From: Mustelus asterias
Lineage: Eukaryota
Assembly: GCF_964213995.1 (NCBI RefSeq)
Contig: NC_135819.1
Span: forward strand, 51,956,001-52,020,000
Length of the DNA: 64,000 nt
Direction of reading: 5' to 3'
Part shown: piece by piece, positions 36,871-49,434 of the stretch
How positions within the stretch are numbered: position 1 is the stretch's first letter
Layout: every line of letters starts with the position of its first letter
The notes under the pieces: generated by a model
Seen by the model: the letters and a program-made list of their open reading frames with translations, nothing else
What the model was told of the DNA's origin: nothing
Database searches by the model: none
Made by a program: the position numbers and the translations under genes

Positions 36871-37707
36871 TTTAAAATCATTTAAATGATTTCTGTCAGA
36901 TGGTTCCCAGCCCAGTGCAATTGTCTAGGGGAAGTTAGCACTTCTGGGCAATTGCCGAGTAAACTCTTACATAGGAACTTCCAAGAGGGATTCCTAAGTG
37001 CATCACTGGGCTACCCTCTAAATGCAACCGCTGGGGAACCAAGACATTATGCCCCAAACACATGCCTTTATTTAAAGAAACTTTCAGTTTTTAAGTAGAC
37101 ACCTGAGGCTTTAACCTGACTTTTGCAAAGATTTGGATGAAAATTTGAAACATGTTTCAGCAGTGCCACTCTGTGGTAGTTGTTAAGGCTTTAATGAAAT
37201 CACAAGAGAAATGGGACAGAATCTATTGCAGAACCAGGGCTGTGATATCAGTGTGATGATAGATTATGTGAATGGTGCTGTACTAATGGACATAAACTCC
37301 ATTTTAAATTTACTGACTAAAGTATTTTCTAACAATCATTTTATTCCTTGACATATATGATGGATTACTTTGTATCCAAGTTCATTATTGTAATTCGCTT
37401 TAAATAAAATCGTCAACTGAATGATCTTGTCCAGATGAAGGGCTATAAAATGTGGATGGTTAAAATTGGGATACCAAGCACGCAGTGTGAAAGGGAGAAG
37501 GACAAGACACAAAAGAAGAGCGAGGTTGAGATTATTGTAAAGAGGCAACACAGAGAGGAAAATCACTTATGCACTAAGAAGCAAGAAAAATAGAGAAAAC
37601 ATGCAGAATAAAGGCAGCACTCAGCCAGGATTGAGTTCCAGCTGCTGTCCTGAATTATTTAATATTACAATGGATACAGTGATAATAAATAATAGAAAAA
37701 GAGGAAT

Positions 37708-37992
37708 GATAGAAACCCTACAGTGCAGAAGGAGGCCATTCGGCCCATTGTGTCTGCACCGACAACAATCCCACTCAGGCCCTATCCCTGCATACCCACA
37801 TGTTTGCCCCATTAATCCTTCTAACCTACGCATCCCGAGACACTAAGGGACAATTTAGCATGGCCAATCAACCTAACCCGCACATCTTTGGACAGGGAGA
37901 ATGTGCAAACTCCACACAGACAGTGACCCAAGCCGGGAATCGAACCCAGGTCCCTGGAGCTGTGAGGCAGCAGTGCTAACCACTGTGCCACT
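37708..37992 (-). mobile_element. HE1-type SINE with internal deletion
   Basis: Head and tail present; the V-core segment is missing at ~37893. Confidence 0.88.
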
Positions 37993-38039
37993 GAATGAAA
38001 AGTTATTTTTAAGTGCTTGATCTTTATCATTAAAAGATT

Positions 38040-38164
38040 GGGCGGAGCTTTCCCGTCCGACCGCCACGGGAATCGTATAGACAGGGGACGGACCATGCAA
38101 AGGTACATTGATCTCGGGCGGGATTTTCTAGTTTTAGGGCGAGCGTGGCCAGAAAATCCCGCCC
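38040..38164. mobile_element. Harbinger-type MITE, family B (~125 bp)
   Basis: gggcggagctttcc / agaaaatcccgccc; homologous to 41253-41379 and 46211-46364. Confidence 0.75.
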
Positions 38165-38671
38165 AGAATGTTTGTTCCTCATATCTTCACACTCTTCCCT
38201 TGGAGATCAGTGTGAAATAGTCAAAGGACTCAGATCCTGATTAACAGTCTGACATGCTGAGACTTCTCCCATGGTTACAACCATCCTCACACCAGCTCAT
38301 GATGCCCTACACCAGTTGAATAGCCTGTTTCTGTGTTGTAGACTTGGTGTAACAGTGAGCTTGATCATGCACAGTTCTCAACCTGCGAGATGAGGGAAGG
38401 TCACTCACATCAGATATAACCATTCCACTGGATGTCAACTCTGAATTTCGAGCAGCTATTTAGTCCATTGATCGGAACTCTCAGGAGCAGGGTGTGAAGT
38501 CCACAGCTTTTTAATCAGAGGTAGGAATGTTATCACTAAGGTTAAGGCTTGCTCCAGCATCCAGCATGAAGAAGCAACATTGAAACTGAGAAGAAGAGGC
38601 TAGAATTGGACCAAACTAACATTGCATTTCTCCCATGTAACTTTGTAAAGAGTAATTTGCTTGTTCATTTC

Positions 38672-39953
38672 TGGGGGTGATCATACCAGAATTTGGCAGA
38701 GTGCCCATTCAGTGGAAAAATGGAGTGAATCAAGCCGATGGCTCTGGTGTAATTTCTGACCGAATCTTGAGCCTCGTTGACAAATGTTTTTATGGCCACG
38801 AGAATAATGCCGCGCCCATGATGGCCTCCCTCTGATTCACCTACCAAGGCTCTGCTTAATTATGCCAATCACGGGGGAGCTGCATACAAACAGCTCCCCA
38901 GCATTTGTTCCTTAGTGACTGCAAGGGGTGACAGCCAGGAAACCCGCACAGTGTTTCTCAGAGGGAGCAGACTTCTGGATGGAGTGGAGGAGCGGCGGGA
39001 TGCTCCCTACCCCCAGTAGCGGGTACCCAAGAAGAGGCCTTCCACCAAGGTCACCACCCCCTCTTGGGATGCAGTGGCAGCCTTGGTGAGTGCAAGCTCG
39101 CTGTAGAAGAGGACAGGACAGCAGTGCCGCAAGAAGATGAAGAATCTTCTGCGCTCAGCCAGGGTAAGTCAGTCTCATGCAATCTTTTTCTGGACCCCCT
39201 CACACATCTCTCCCACCACCACCATCATCTCTCATCCAATTCATAGGTTCATAAGATACAGGAGCAGAACTAGGCCAGTCAGTCCATCGAGACTGCTCTG
39301 CCATTCGATCATGGCTGATATGCTCCTTAAAGGTGTTAGCCTTTGCCAACATCTGTAAGGAAGCCCTCCTCCCCCGCCCCCAATCACCATATTACCCCCC
39401 CCCCCCCAACCTGCTGCCATGCTCCTCACACTCCAGCTCCCACTCAAGACCCACGCCCGCCACATCTAATCGCCATTTTAAATGTCAACATTGCCACCCA
39501 CACTCTCCCTATCTGTGTCCTCACAGGACAAACTCAACCACAACAAGCGTGAGCAAGCACGCCCAGCCGGAGCAATGCCGGAATAATACCGGATCTCAGA
39601 ACACTCACGTCATTTGAGGAGAGAGCCCTCCAATATCCACGGACATGACGGCGCCAGGTTCACGCTTATATAGAGTTGGTGTAAATGGCACTGACATGGC
39701 GTCACACTGACGCCAGCTGAATATTCGGTGTGGGCTCCATCTCCAGAGTGAGTGCTCACTAATGAAATGCTGATGCATTGGAATTATGTTCCAGCCTTTC
39801 CCCAGTGTGTTCCACATCGCTCTGCCGGCGAGGTTAGCCCAAAATCGGAAAACACCATCTCACCTGCGAGAACCGTGCTTTACCGAACTCTCTGCATTTT
39901 GAGCCTGTGCTGCTATTCCCATGGACGGCGAACGCGGGCTCAGGATCCCACCC
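38672..39953 (+). mobile_element. Non-autonomous Harbinger-type element with a Myb/SANT exon remnant (~38965-39163)
   Basis: RLLDGVEERRDAPYP..SWDAVAALVSASSL*KRTGQQCRKKMKNLLRSAR followed by a gtaagt donor; degenerate GGG..CCC termini. Confidence 0.65.
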
Positions 39954-41204
39954 GATAGATAATAATGGGACCCCACGGAATGAAAACAATTACCAACTGT
40001 ACAATAGTGTTATAACAATAGAAAATTCTGGAAACACTCCACACTTAAGGTGGCATCTCTGAAGTGAGGAACAGAATTGACTTTTCCTTCTATTATAGTT
40101 AAATAATGCTGATTTTCTTTTTTTTTAAACTTTCTTTTTGCTCCAGTGCCACTCATCCATTTCAGTTCCTTTCTGGAGTCGGAAAAAGATCTGAATTGCC
40201 AAAAAGTCTTGTGAGCGGGCTTATGCATCCAAACTCCACAGTAGTTATCCTCTTTCTCAGTTATTCTTTTCTGCTACCTTTAGAGTTCCAATTCAAATTC
40301 CAAGACAGTATACAGAGTGAAATAAAGATGATAAATAAAGCCATAAGCTTTATTCCAAATTCAAGGGTCAAAGAGGAAAGTTTGGGGCCTGGATTATAAT
40401 CAGAATAGTAGAAAATTAAGGTAGGTGTGTTGGGAAGACTTATGAGTGCATCTCTTCACAAGTAAGGGTAAATTTCCATACCTCAACTGAAGGGATCTCA
40501 AATCTTTATGTTAGCTGGGGCTATTATTATGTCAGTGTTAGCCCTGTTGATGAAATTAATTTGAGATGAACAACGCAGTCAGGAATGCCACACTGGGAAT
40601 TCTCCAGTGAGCCCAAAGCTCATTATTTGTTGAAAGCAATTTTAAAAGATCTTGCAAAATGCAAGAAATGCAGAATTGATCCCCCAACTCCATAGTGTTC
40701 ACACCTCTCCCACTTCCATTGCTGCTCCCCTCCTTAACACAACCCCTATCAACCCCAAGACTTACATAATGCTGCATCCAGTGAGGAAAGCAACTCAATA
40801 TTGTTGTAAAATGGCCACGTATTTACTCAAACACACACACTAACACACACAAACAGCAACAAATCACTGTGATATACGTTTAGTAACGTAAGCTCTATTT
40901 CAGCCAGCATTCAAATCTTCCTGGGTGTTTACATGCACCTCTGAAGTGCCCAGGGTTGGCACAATCCCACCACTTCACAGTACTCAGCAAAATCTAATCT
41001 ATTTGTAGCCAGAACTAGTCCAGTTGTATTCAGTCCAGAGAATCTAGAACATATGAACTATTGAATTACGTGATGGAGGCACAAAAGGAGCAGTTGGCCT
41101 GCGACACAACTTAGGTCCTTAATTGGTGGCAGGTCCATGCATCTAAGTCCTATAAGGTCTATATTTTCCCCAGTAATTAAATGGTATGTACAATATAGTA
41201 TCAC

Positions 41205-42240
41205 CCAGAATCATAGATGAATTCACCACATAAAGAGGCCATTTGACCCATTGGGTGGAATTTTCCTGTCCCACTCCCCACGGGAATCGTAGCGGGTGAG
41301 ACACGGACCATGCAAAGACCCATTGACCTTGAGTGGGATTTTCCATTCTTGAGGCAAGCATGGCCAGAAAATCTCACCCATTGTGCCCATGCTGGTTCTC
41401 TTTGAAAGAACAACGCAATTAGTCCCACTCCTCTGTCTTTCTCCCACTAGCTCTGCAAGTCTATTCTCTCCAAGTAATCATCCAATTCCTTTTTAAAATC
41501 GAGAAACAAGCCTTACTCCACCACACTCTCAGGCAATGCATTTCAGATCTTTGCTGTGTAAATTAATTTTCCTAATATCGCCACTGGTTCTTTCGCCAGT
41601 CATTTTAAATCACTGTCCTTGGGTTCTTGATCTTTCCTCTAATGGAAACAGTTTCTCTCTATCTACTCTGTCCAGACCGCTCATGATTTTGAACCTATCA
41701 AATTTCCTCTCAACCTTCTCTTCCCTCAACTTTTTCAATCTATTCATGTAACTGAAGTTCCTCATCCCTGGAACCATTCTTATAAATTCTCTCTGCACCC
41801 AATCCAATGTCTTTGAATACTTCCTAAGGTACGGTGCCCAGAACTGGATGCAAAGCTCCTGTTGAATACAATCTAGTATATTATAAAGTTTGCCGTTACT
41901 TCCTTGCTTATGTACTCTATGCCTCTCATTATAAAGTCCAGGATCTTGTATAACTTTTGAACCACTTTCTCACCCTGCCTTGCCACCTTCAATAGTTTGT
42001 GCACATGCACCCCCTGGTCGCACTGGCTGCTGCACTCCATTTTGAATTTTATCCTATCTTTTTCATTACCTTTCCTTCTTCATCTTAATAAAATGTGTAA
42101 TTTCACACTTCTGCCAGGTTTCTGCCCAATCGACCAGCCTGTCTATGTCATCTTCTGAAGCTGTGCCCTGAACACCCAAGTCTGTCATTAATATAGATCA
42201 AGAACAGATTGAATGTCATCCTCAAGTCCAAGAAATAACT
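41205..42240 (-). mobile_element. Old CR1 3' fragment containing MITE family B (41253-41379, TSD att)
   Basis: ORF 41610-41807 VQREFIRMVPGMRNFSY..KIMSGLDRVDREKLFPL; the MITE has TIRs gggtggaattttc / gaaaatctcaccc. Confidence 0.8.
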
Positions 42241-42274
42241 CTTCACTAATACTCTCTGTTTCCTATAACTCAGT

Positions 42275-42375
42275 AAGAGTTTTAACAACACCAGGTTAAA
42301 GTCCAACAGGTTTATTTGGTAGCAAATGCCATTAGCTTTCGGAGCGCTGCTCCTTCGTCAGATGGAGTGGGTATC
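42275..42375 (-). mobile_element. 101-bp Penelope-like insertion consisting mostly of the ribozyme and its 3' flank
   Basis: 14-bp TSD tcctataactcagt (42261-42274 / 42376-42389). Confidence 0.88.
42329..42365 (-). ncRNA. Minimal type I hammerhead ribozyme, intact consensus
   Basis: Minus strand: ccat-CTGACGA-a-ggagc-agc-gctcc-GAAA-gc-TA-atgg. Stem I ccat/atgg, stem II ggagc/gctcc, palindromic AGCT stem III; predicted cleavage after UA. Confidence 0.85.
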
Positions 42376-42489
42376 TCCTATAACTCAGTCAACTTTGCAT
42401 CCATGCTTGACCTTTTTATTCCATGGGCTTTAACTTAGTTCCAGCCACTCCTCTCAATACCCTATGTCCCAATCTCTGGTTATCCCCAG

Positions 42490-42825
42490 AATCACAGAAT
42501 TGTTATAACACAAAGGAGGCCATTCAATCCATCACATCTTCACTGACTCTCCGAATATACAATTTGCTTAGTGCCCAGCTTCCACCTTATTCCCGTAACC
42601 CTGAATGTTTTTCCTTTTCAGTTAACTGTCTGATTCCCTTTTGCATGCTTCAGTTGAGCCAGCCTCCACCACCCTCTCAGGCAGTGCAGTCAAGTTCTCA
42701 ACCACTTGCTGCATTAATAAAAATTTCCTTGTGTCGCTTTTGCTTATTTTACTAATTACTTTAAATCTGTGCCCTCTCATCCTTGATCCTTTCACAAGTG
42801 GGAACAGTTTCTCCTTATCTACTCC
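42490..42825 (-). mobile_element. Old CR1 3' end
   Basis: Reverse-complement CR1 3' UTR and ORF2 end motifs. Confidence 0.7.
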
Positions 42826-43010
42826 AGTTAGAAAACCTATTCATTCTGTGTGCTATGTAACTACACCAGCTGTGGACAATATGACATTTACAGGTACAGC
42901 ATGTCCCATTGCTGTCCTGCAGTTTCTGCCTAGTGACAAGGGTGGGACCTGCTGTGAGTGTGTTGATGGGTTCCCCAGCTCAGCTCAAAGGTCAGTGATG
43001 AGCAGTTTAG

Positions 43011-43520
43011 GGGTGGAGTTCTCCCAAGGCCTCCACCGACAGGTTCGATGGTGGGCGTGAGTGAAGAATATAACAGAAAGTTCAGAAATCAGGTACGCGC
43101 TAGCATGAATTTACAGCGGGGCCTTTGATTAGTATCTACCATGGCAGTTCAGAACATGTGCCAGAGGCCAGCGGGAACCTCATTTGCATCTCGTTAATGG
43201 GGCGTAGGTGGAGCCCCAAATCCCTCTGCCAATGCCAGATTCTCGGCGATGTCAGTGGAAATACACACCGGCATGAAACACGTTTGGGACAAAGTGGCAT
43301 GTAAATGCGGAGACTCACCTGAACAATTCCACAATTCCTGGGGCTGCCTCCAGAATTCAGGATGGAGGGCTCCAGCAACCCTGGACCTGGAACACAGCAG
43401 CAGTGGATCAGAGGTGCTTCTACAGGTGGACTCTCCAGATTCAGTGTCCTGGAGAGGATCCATCTTCTAGCTCCAGAATGTTCCTGGAGATCTATCTTTA
43501 CGTCTTTCTTCAATAGTAGT
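43011..43520. mobile_element. Harbinger-type non-autonomous element fragment
   Basis: TIR-like ggggtggagttctccc start and an atttgcat motif shared with the other MITE-like elements here. Confidence 0.45.
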
Positions 43521-43720
43521 CAGTGGTGCTGGGTGCATGCTCAATATGGCACCCAGACACAACAGCAGACTACATAGATTATCAACAAATATACATTCAT
43601 TTAAGTCATTAAAAACCAAACAAGAAAAATGAGTCAGCTATGGCTAACAAAGGAAGTTATAAATTGTATTATGTCAAAGGAAAAGGCTACTTCTAAAGTT
43701 GCCAATAAAAAGTAGCAAGA

Positions 43721-44043
43721 GGGTGGCACAGTGGCACAGTGGTTAGCACAACTGCCTCACCGCACCAGGGACCCAGGTTCAATTCCAGCCTTGCGTGACT
43801 GTCTGTGTAGAGTTTGAATGTTCTCTCTATGTCTGCGTGGGTTTCCTCCGGAGGCTTTGGTTTCCTCCACAGTCCAAAGATGTGCAGGTTAGGTGGATTG
43901 GCCATGCTCAATTGCCCCTTAGTGTCAGGGGGATTAGCAGGGTAAATACTTGGGGTTACGAGGATAGGGCCTGGTTAGGATTGTGCAGGTTCAATGGGCC
44001 GAATCGCCTCCTTCTGTACTGTAGGGATTCTATGATTCTATGA
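43721..44043 (+). mobile_element. HE1-type SINE, CR1/HER1-type tail
   Basis: Ends gggattctatgattctatga. Confidence 0.9.
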
Positions 44044-45149
44044 AGTCTGGGGTTTGGTAACCTTTTAGAATTCAACGAATGAGGACCATTAAAGAATGGA
44101 ATAGAATGGGAACATAAAAAACAGAGTGTAAAAGCTTCTTTAGGTATGAAAGGGCTAACAAAGACAAATGTAGGTTCATTACAGTCAGAGAGAGGAGAAT
44201 TTATAATGGGGAATAGAGAAATGGCAGGGAAACTAAATAATTACTTTGTGTCTGTCTTCATGGAGGAAGATATAAAAAACACTCCCAGAAATAATAAAGA
44301 ACCAAGGAACTTGAGGGAATGAGGAACTGAAAGAAATTAATATTAGTAAAACAGTTGTACTAGAGAAATTAATGGGACTGAAAGTTAATAAATCCCCGGG
44401 ACCCAATGATCTACATCCCAGAGTGTTGAAAGATGCGGCTATAAAGATAATGGATGCATTGGTGGTCATCTTTCAAAATTCTATATTCTGGAATGGTTCC
44501 TGCAGACTGGAAAGTATCAAATCTAACTGATTAAGAAAGGAGGGAGAGAGAAAATGGAATGCTACAGACATCAGTGTTAGGAAAAAATACTGGAAACTAT
44601 TATAAAGGATGTAATAGCTGGACATTTTGTAAATAATGATCTGATTGGGCATTGGATTATAAAATAAAATCATATTCTACCAATCTGTTGGAGATTATTT
44701 CTGAAAACGTTATAAACAGAATAGAAAAGAGGGAACTAGTGAATGTAAATTTTCAGAAGGCTTTCGATAAGTTCCCACACAGGAGATTAGTGAACAAAAG
44801 TAGAGCAGATGGAGTCGGGGTTAATATACTGGCATGGATTGAGGATTGTTTAACAGACAGAAAACAGAGAGTAAGAATAAATGGGTCATTCTCAGATCAG
44901 CAGGCAGTGACTGGTGGGGAATCACAAGGATCAGTGCTTGAAACTCACTTGTTCACAATCTATATCAATGATTTCGTTGCGGGGACCAAATAGAATATTC
45001 TCAAGTTTGCTGATGATACAAAGCTAGGCAGGAATGTGTATTATGAAGATGATGCAAAGATACTTCAAGAGGATTTGGACAGTCTTAGTGAGTGGGCAGG
45101 AATATAGCAGATGGAATATATTGTGAAGTTATTTAGTGGTACAAGACTT

Positions 45150-46030
45150 GAATATTGCTGAAGAAAGACATTTTGACAAAGCTTTTTGTCTTGTTTTCAT
45201 CAGGACAGTTGCAAGAATATCAACGTCAGGGGAAACAACGGGGGTGATTCTCCCAGCCTGCCGTGCTAAAAAATAGCGCAGTGGGCTGGGAGAATCGCAT
45301 GTGGGCCAATTCGTGGGATTCGCGTATGCATTCCCAGAGAGGGAGATTAGCGATTGGGGCGGGCTGGGGGTGTGGTCTGCTAGGGGAGTCTGCCTCCTGT
45401 GGGGGGTGGGTCTCCCTGGGGTGGGGTACCTGCTGGGGGGCGGGGATCTGCCTCCCGTGGGGGGGAGGCGTCTGCCGGAGGGGGTTTGCGGGGGGCTGGG
45501 GGCTGGAGATCGGGGCGCTCCGGGACGGGGGGATTGGGGCTGGCCCACGAATGGACAAGGGGCCATGATCGGACTGTGGGGGGGTGGAAAGGCAGCACTG
45601 CAAGGGTTCCGGGCTGGCCAGTGATCGAGCTGGTCAGCAAACTGCAGGCTTCAGGGCCACTGCGCATGCGCAGAGTCCCGGAACTGTCAGCCTCCAGCAT
45701 GAATAAGCCCCCCCATCCCCCCCCCCGCCAACCCCCCCTGATTGCGACCTCTGCACTGAACAGAGTGTGGGAGATTCGAATGTGAACTCCCATTGAAAAA
45801 ATAATTATGATTTACATCAGTTTTCCTGTGAATTCAGCACTTAGAACTTTTTGGGGGGAATCGTCCCCAACAACTTTATTCTGTTTCGGAAGAGAGTGTT
45901 GATTGGTTGTTAAGTGGGCTCTGATTGGTAAAGACATTGCCATGGAGATTTTAAACTAGGCAGCTTGACTCTGATTGGTCAAGGCATCAGTCTGAGGAAT
46001 AGCTATCATGTATTTTACTGAGTTGATACG
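45150..46030 (-). mobile_element. Probable third Penelope-like pLTR fragment (degenerate hammerhead ~45165-45210), split by a Harbinger-type element 45240-45868 (TSD aac)
   Basis: Minus strand tgtc-CTGATGA-aaacaagac-AAAA-agctt; the inner element has TIRs gggggtgattctccc / ggggggaatcgtcccc and G-rich repeats. Confidence 0.55.
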
Positions 46031-46210
46031 GGTACAAAGTGTTTCGAATATTGGAAATGTTGGGCAGAATTTTCTGGCTCTTCTCACCAGCAGTCACCCT
46101 ACAACCTTACAGCTGTCATTCTGCCATATTCAATGAGTTGTTGAATTCACAACCTTCCTCAATGCAGTTGTGTTGCTTTGACTATTCCTGCAGGGCACTT
46201 CAGAGACTTA

Positions 46211-46364
46211 GGGGGGAATTTTCCCGTCCCACCCGCCATGGGAATTGTAGCAGGCGAGGGGGTGGGGGCGGAGGGGGGGGGGGGGGGTGCGGACTGTGCA
46301 AAGGTCCGTTCACCTCAGATGGAATTTGCCACTTATCGGAGAGTGGGTCCAGAAATTCCTGCCC
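46211..46364. mobile_element. Harbinger-type MITE, family B
   Basis: ggggggaattttc / gaaattcctgccc with canonical TTA TSD. Confidence 0.8.
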
Positions 46365-47137
46365 TTAATCTGTAAAAGAAGAGGGAATGTTCCATTCTTT
46401 GTTTACAAGAGAAGTTAAAAACAAGAGATATTACAAAAGTTTTGTTAATTTTCAGACATGTTGTTGTAGTAAAGGTATAAGGAATTTTAGGGACAGGAAA
46501 TGTCCGAACTCCCTCCTCTTGTGGGAACGGGTTTCTTTTGGTAGAGAGATGGAGACAATTGTGTAAGCATTGCAATATGTGTCCTCAAGGAAAATTACGG
46601 TTCCTTTCACCAAACCTGCTCCTCCCTCAAATTTTTACAGATAGGAAATTTAAAAAGCAGGATATTTCGTAAATGGTGAGACACTGGGAAATATTTATAT
46701 TCAAAGGGACCCAGGTACCCTTGTACACAAATCACAGAAAGTTCACATGCAGGAACAGAAAGAAATAAGGAAGGCAACAGTATGTTAGCTTTCGTTACAA
46801 GGAGAATGGAGTTTAAGAGGAAAAAGTTGTCTTACAATTACCATGGTATTAGCAAGGCTATACCTGGAGTAGTGTGTGATGTTTTGCTCTCTTTACCAAA
46901 GGACAGTACACATACCCAGAGAGAGGGCAACAAATGTTCATTACACTGGATCCTTGGATGATTGTCTTATGATGAAAGATTGAGTAGAGTGAACGACCGA
47001 CACTCTCTGAAGTTTAGAAGAATGAAAGGTGATCTCACTGAAATATGCACAATTTTTAAGGATCTCACAGGGTAGATGCTGAGAAAATGCTTCCCCTGAC
47101 TGGGAATCTAGAACACTGTTGCACTCTCAGAATGAGG

Positions 47138-47420
47138 AGTTTAAGTTTATTTATTAGTCACAAGTAAGCTGACATTAACACTGCAATGAAGTCACTGTGG
47201 AAATCACCTAGTCGCCACCCTCCGGCACTTGTTCAGGTACACTGAGGGAGAATTTAGCATGGCCAATGATCCTAACCAGCACATCTTTCAGAGGAAACCG
47301 GAACACTTGGAGGAAACCCACACAGACACGGGGAGAACGTGCAAACTCCACAGACAGTGACCCAAGCCAGGAATTGAACCTGGATCCCTGGCGCTGTGAG
47401 GCAGCAGTGCAAACCATTGT
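47138..47420 (-). mobile_element. HE1-type SINE, alternative tail, inserted in CR1
   Basis: Core plus alternative tail. Confidence 0.88.
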
Positions 47421-47726
47421 CCAACTGTAGGGTTGTCTATCATGGGCTGAAATGAGGAGAAATTTCTTCACTCAAAAAAGTTGTGAGCCCCTGGAATCCT
47501 TTACTCTAGCGAGCTGTGTATATTCAAATATTCATGACAGATTTTGGGTACCAAAGGAGTTAAAGGATGTAAGAATAGTCTGGGGAGGTGGAGTTGAGGT
47601 ACCAGACCAGCCATGATCTTATTGAATAATGGAGCGGGGTCAAATAGGTCAAATAACCTTCTCCTGCTCCTATTTCTTATGTTCTTCTGTATGCAGTTAG
47701 TTTTACTTATTGCGTTCCCCAACCAG

Positions 47727-48036
47727 ATCATAGAATTTCTGCAGTGCAGAAGAAGGCCATTTGGGCTAACGAGTCTGCACTGACAACAATCCCACCCAGG
47801 CCCTATCCCTGTAACCCCATGTATTCACCCTGCTAATACCCCTGACTAAACATAACCAATCAACCTCGCCCACATGTCTTTGGAATGTGGGAGGAAACCA
47901 GAGCACCCGGAGGAAACCCACGCAGTCACGGGAGAATGTGCAAACTCCACACACACAGTCACCTAAGGCCAGAATTGAACCTGGGTCCCTGGCGCTGTGA
48001 GGCAACAATGCCAACCACTGTGCCATGTTGTCACCC
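47727..48036 (-). mobile_element. HE1-type SINE, CR1/HER1-type tail
   Basis: Head, core and tail. Confidence 0.88.
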
Positions 48037-49434
48037 AAAAAATAAGTAGCCAGCAGAATTTAAAGCAGTTTGGAATCTGCAGTGAGTGCAGTGCACTTTT
48101 ATTCAAAAACTCATTGGGTATAGTTTGCTTAAAAAGTAACAGTGTGTGAACAACACTTGCTATTATTAATGTGCCAATCGACCACTTGTAGCAATGAAAA
48201 GATGCCCAACATATTGTCAATCCCACAAGTTGCTGACCTATTTTCACCACTCTGCAATCAGCTTCACAAAAACAGTATCTGGTCCTTAACCTCCCTCAGA
48301 GTTCCATGCAGTTTCTACATTGGCATGTGAATTATTCATTCAACCCTCCACAAAAGTTAGGTCTAGTAATTAATATTGTAAGCACCCTGTTAATGATGCA
48401 ATAATTGTTAATGATGCCGACCTCCCTTACCCAGAAGTTTAATAATTAAGTGAAAATGTGGAGATTTATTTTCAGGTAGCAAATTCATAGCAATTTTAAA
48501 CATGTCAAATATTATAATTGAAAGCAATCTTCCTTTCTGTTCTCTTTCGTTTGTTGCTATCTTAATTAATTTGTCTTTCCCTCTAATTATTTCTCTTTCT
48601 ATACATTGCCTGATTTGACATTGAATTCACCCACTCCAATTCCCACTCCTCTCAGCCCTTCCTCTGGTTTTTATTTCAATTTTTATAACTCAAATGAGAT
48701 AGACTATTTTTCTCCATTCCTCATCAAGGTGCCAGATGTCCTGTTGCCTTCAATGCACTGTTTCAACACACACTTACAGGCAACTTTATGGATAAAAACG
48801 GAAGGGTTTGTCTCTAGGGTCACCGTTAGATGTCCTGCTTCACCAAATTTTGGGCCAATATGAGTAGCTGCACCAGTTTCTCTTGTATGCCGTTCGGTGA
48901 TAGATTTTTTTCAATGTTAAACAAGTCACTGTATGACAAGCAATAGCTGCTGTTTTATACTAAGAGTATTACCCTGTGGTTGTGTAATCTCGTCATGATG
49001 TTTCGCAAGTGGTTCAAACAAGAAAAGGACAAAGAGACACAAAACGTTAAGGGAAAACAAGCAGCAGAACAGAGGAAAAGCAACCCTGCAATATATCAGA
49101 GGTAGGTATGGGAGTGACCTCCAACTTAACATGTGTGATGCCATTTTTAATACACATGTAGTTGAATCTTAGAATCATTGATTGATACAGTGTAGAAGGA
49201 GGCCATTCAACCCATTGTGTCTGTGCCATCTCTTTGGTGGAGCTATCTGATTAATCCCACTATCATGCTCTTTTCACACACATCTCTATTTTCTTCCCCT
49301 TTCAGGTATTTATCCAATTCCCTTTGGAAAGTTGAATCTGCTTCCACCTTCCTTTCAGGCACTGCCTTCCAGATCGCAATAACTCACTGCATTTAAAAAA
49401 AATGCTTCCTCAAGTATTCTCTGGTCCTTTTGCC

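Larger units (their letters stand above)
35091..37005. repeat. Diverged inverted repeat, arms ~35091-35420 and ~36340-37005 (second arm contains an HE1 SINE)
   Basis: tgatgcacttaggaatccctcttggaagttcc pairs with ggaacttccaagagggattcctaagtgcatca; ggttctgccagttttaccccgatagttact pairs with agtaactatcggggtaaaactggcagaacc. Confidence 0.85.
44060..47690 (+). mobile_element. Old CR1 ORF2 (RT region 44060-45128; 3' part 46640-47137 and 47440-47690) with nested insertions
   Basis: KSPGPNDLHPRVLK, NFQKAFDKFPHRRL, QGSVL..LFTIYIND, KFADDTKLG motifs; terminal ctcctgctcctatttcttatgttctt. Confidence 0.85.

Noticed and set aside
45129-45793. Stack of overlapping Pro/Gly-rich ORFs
   Set aside because: Artefact of GC-rich repeats inside a non-autonomous transposon.
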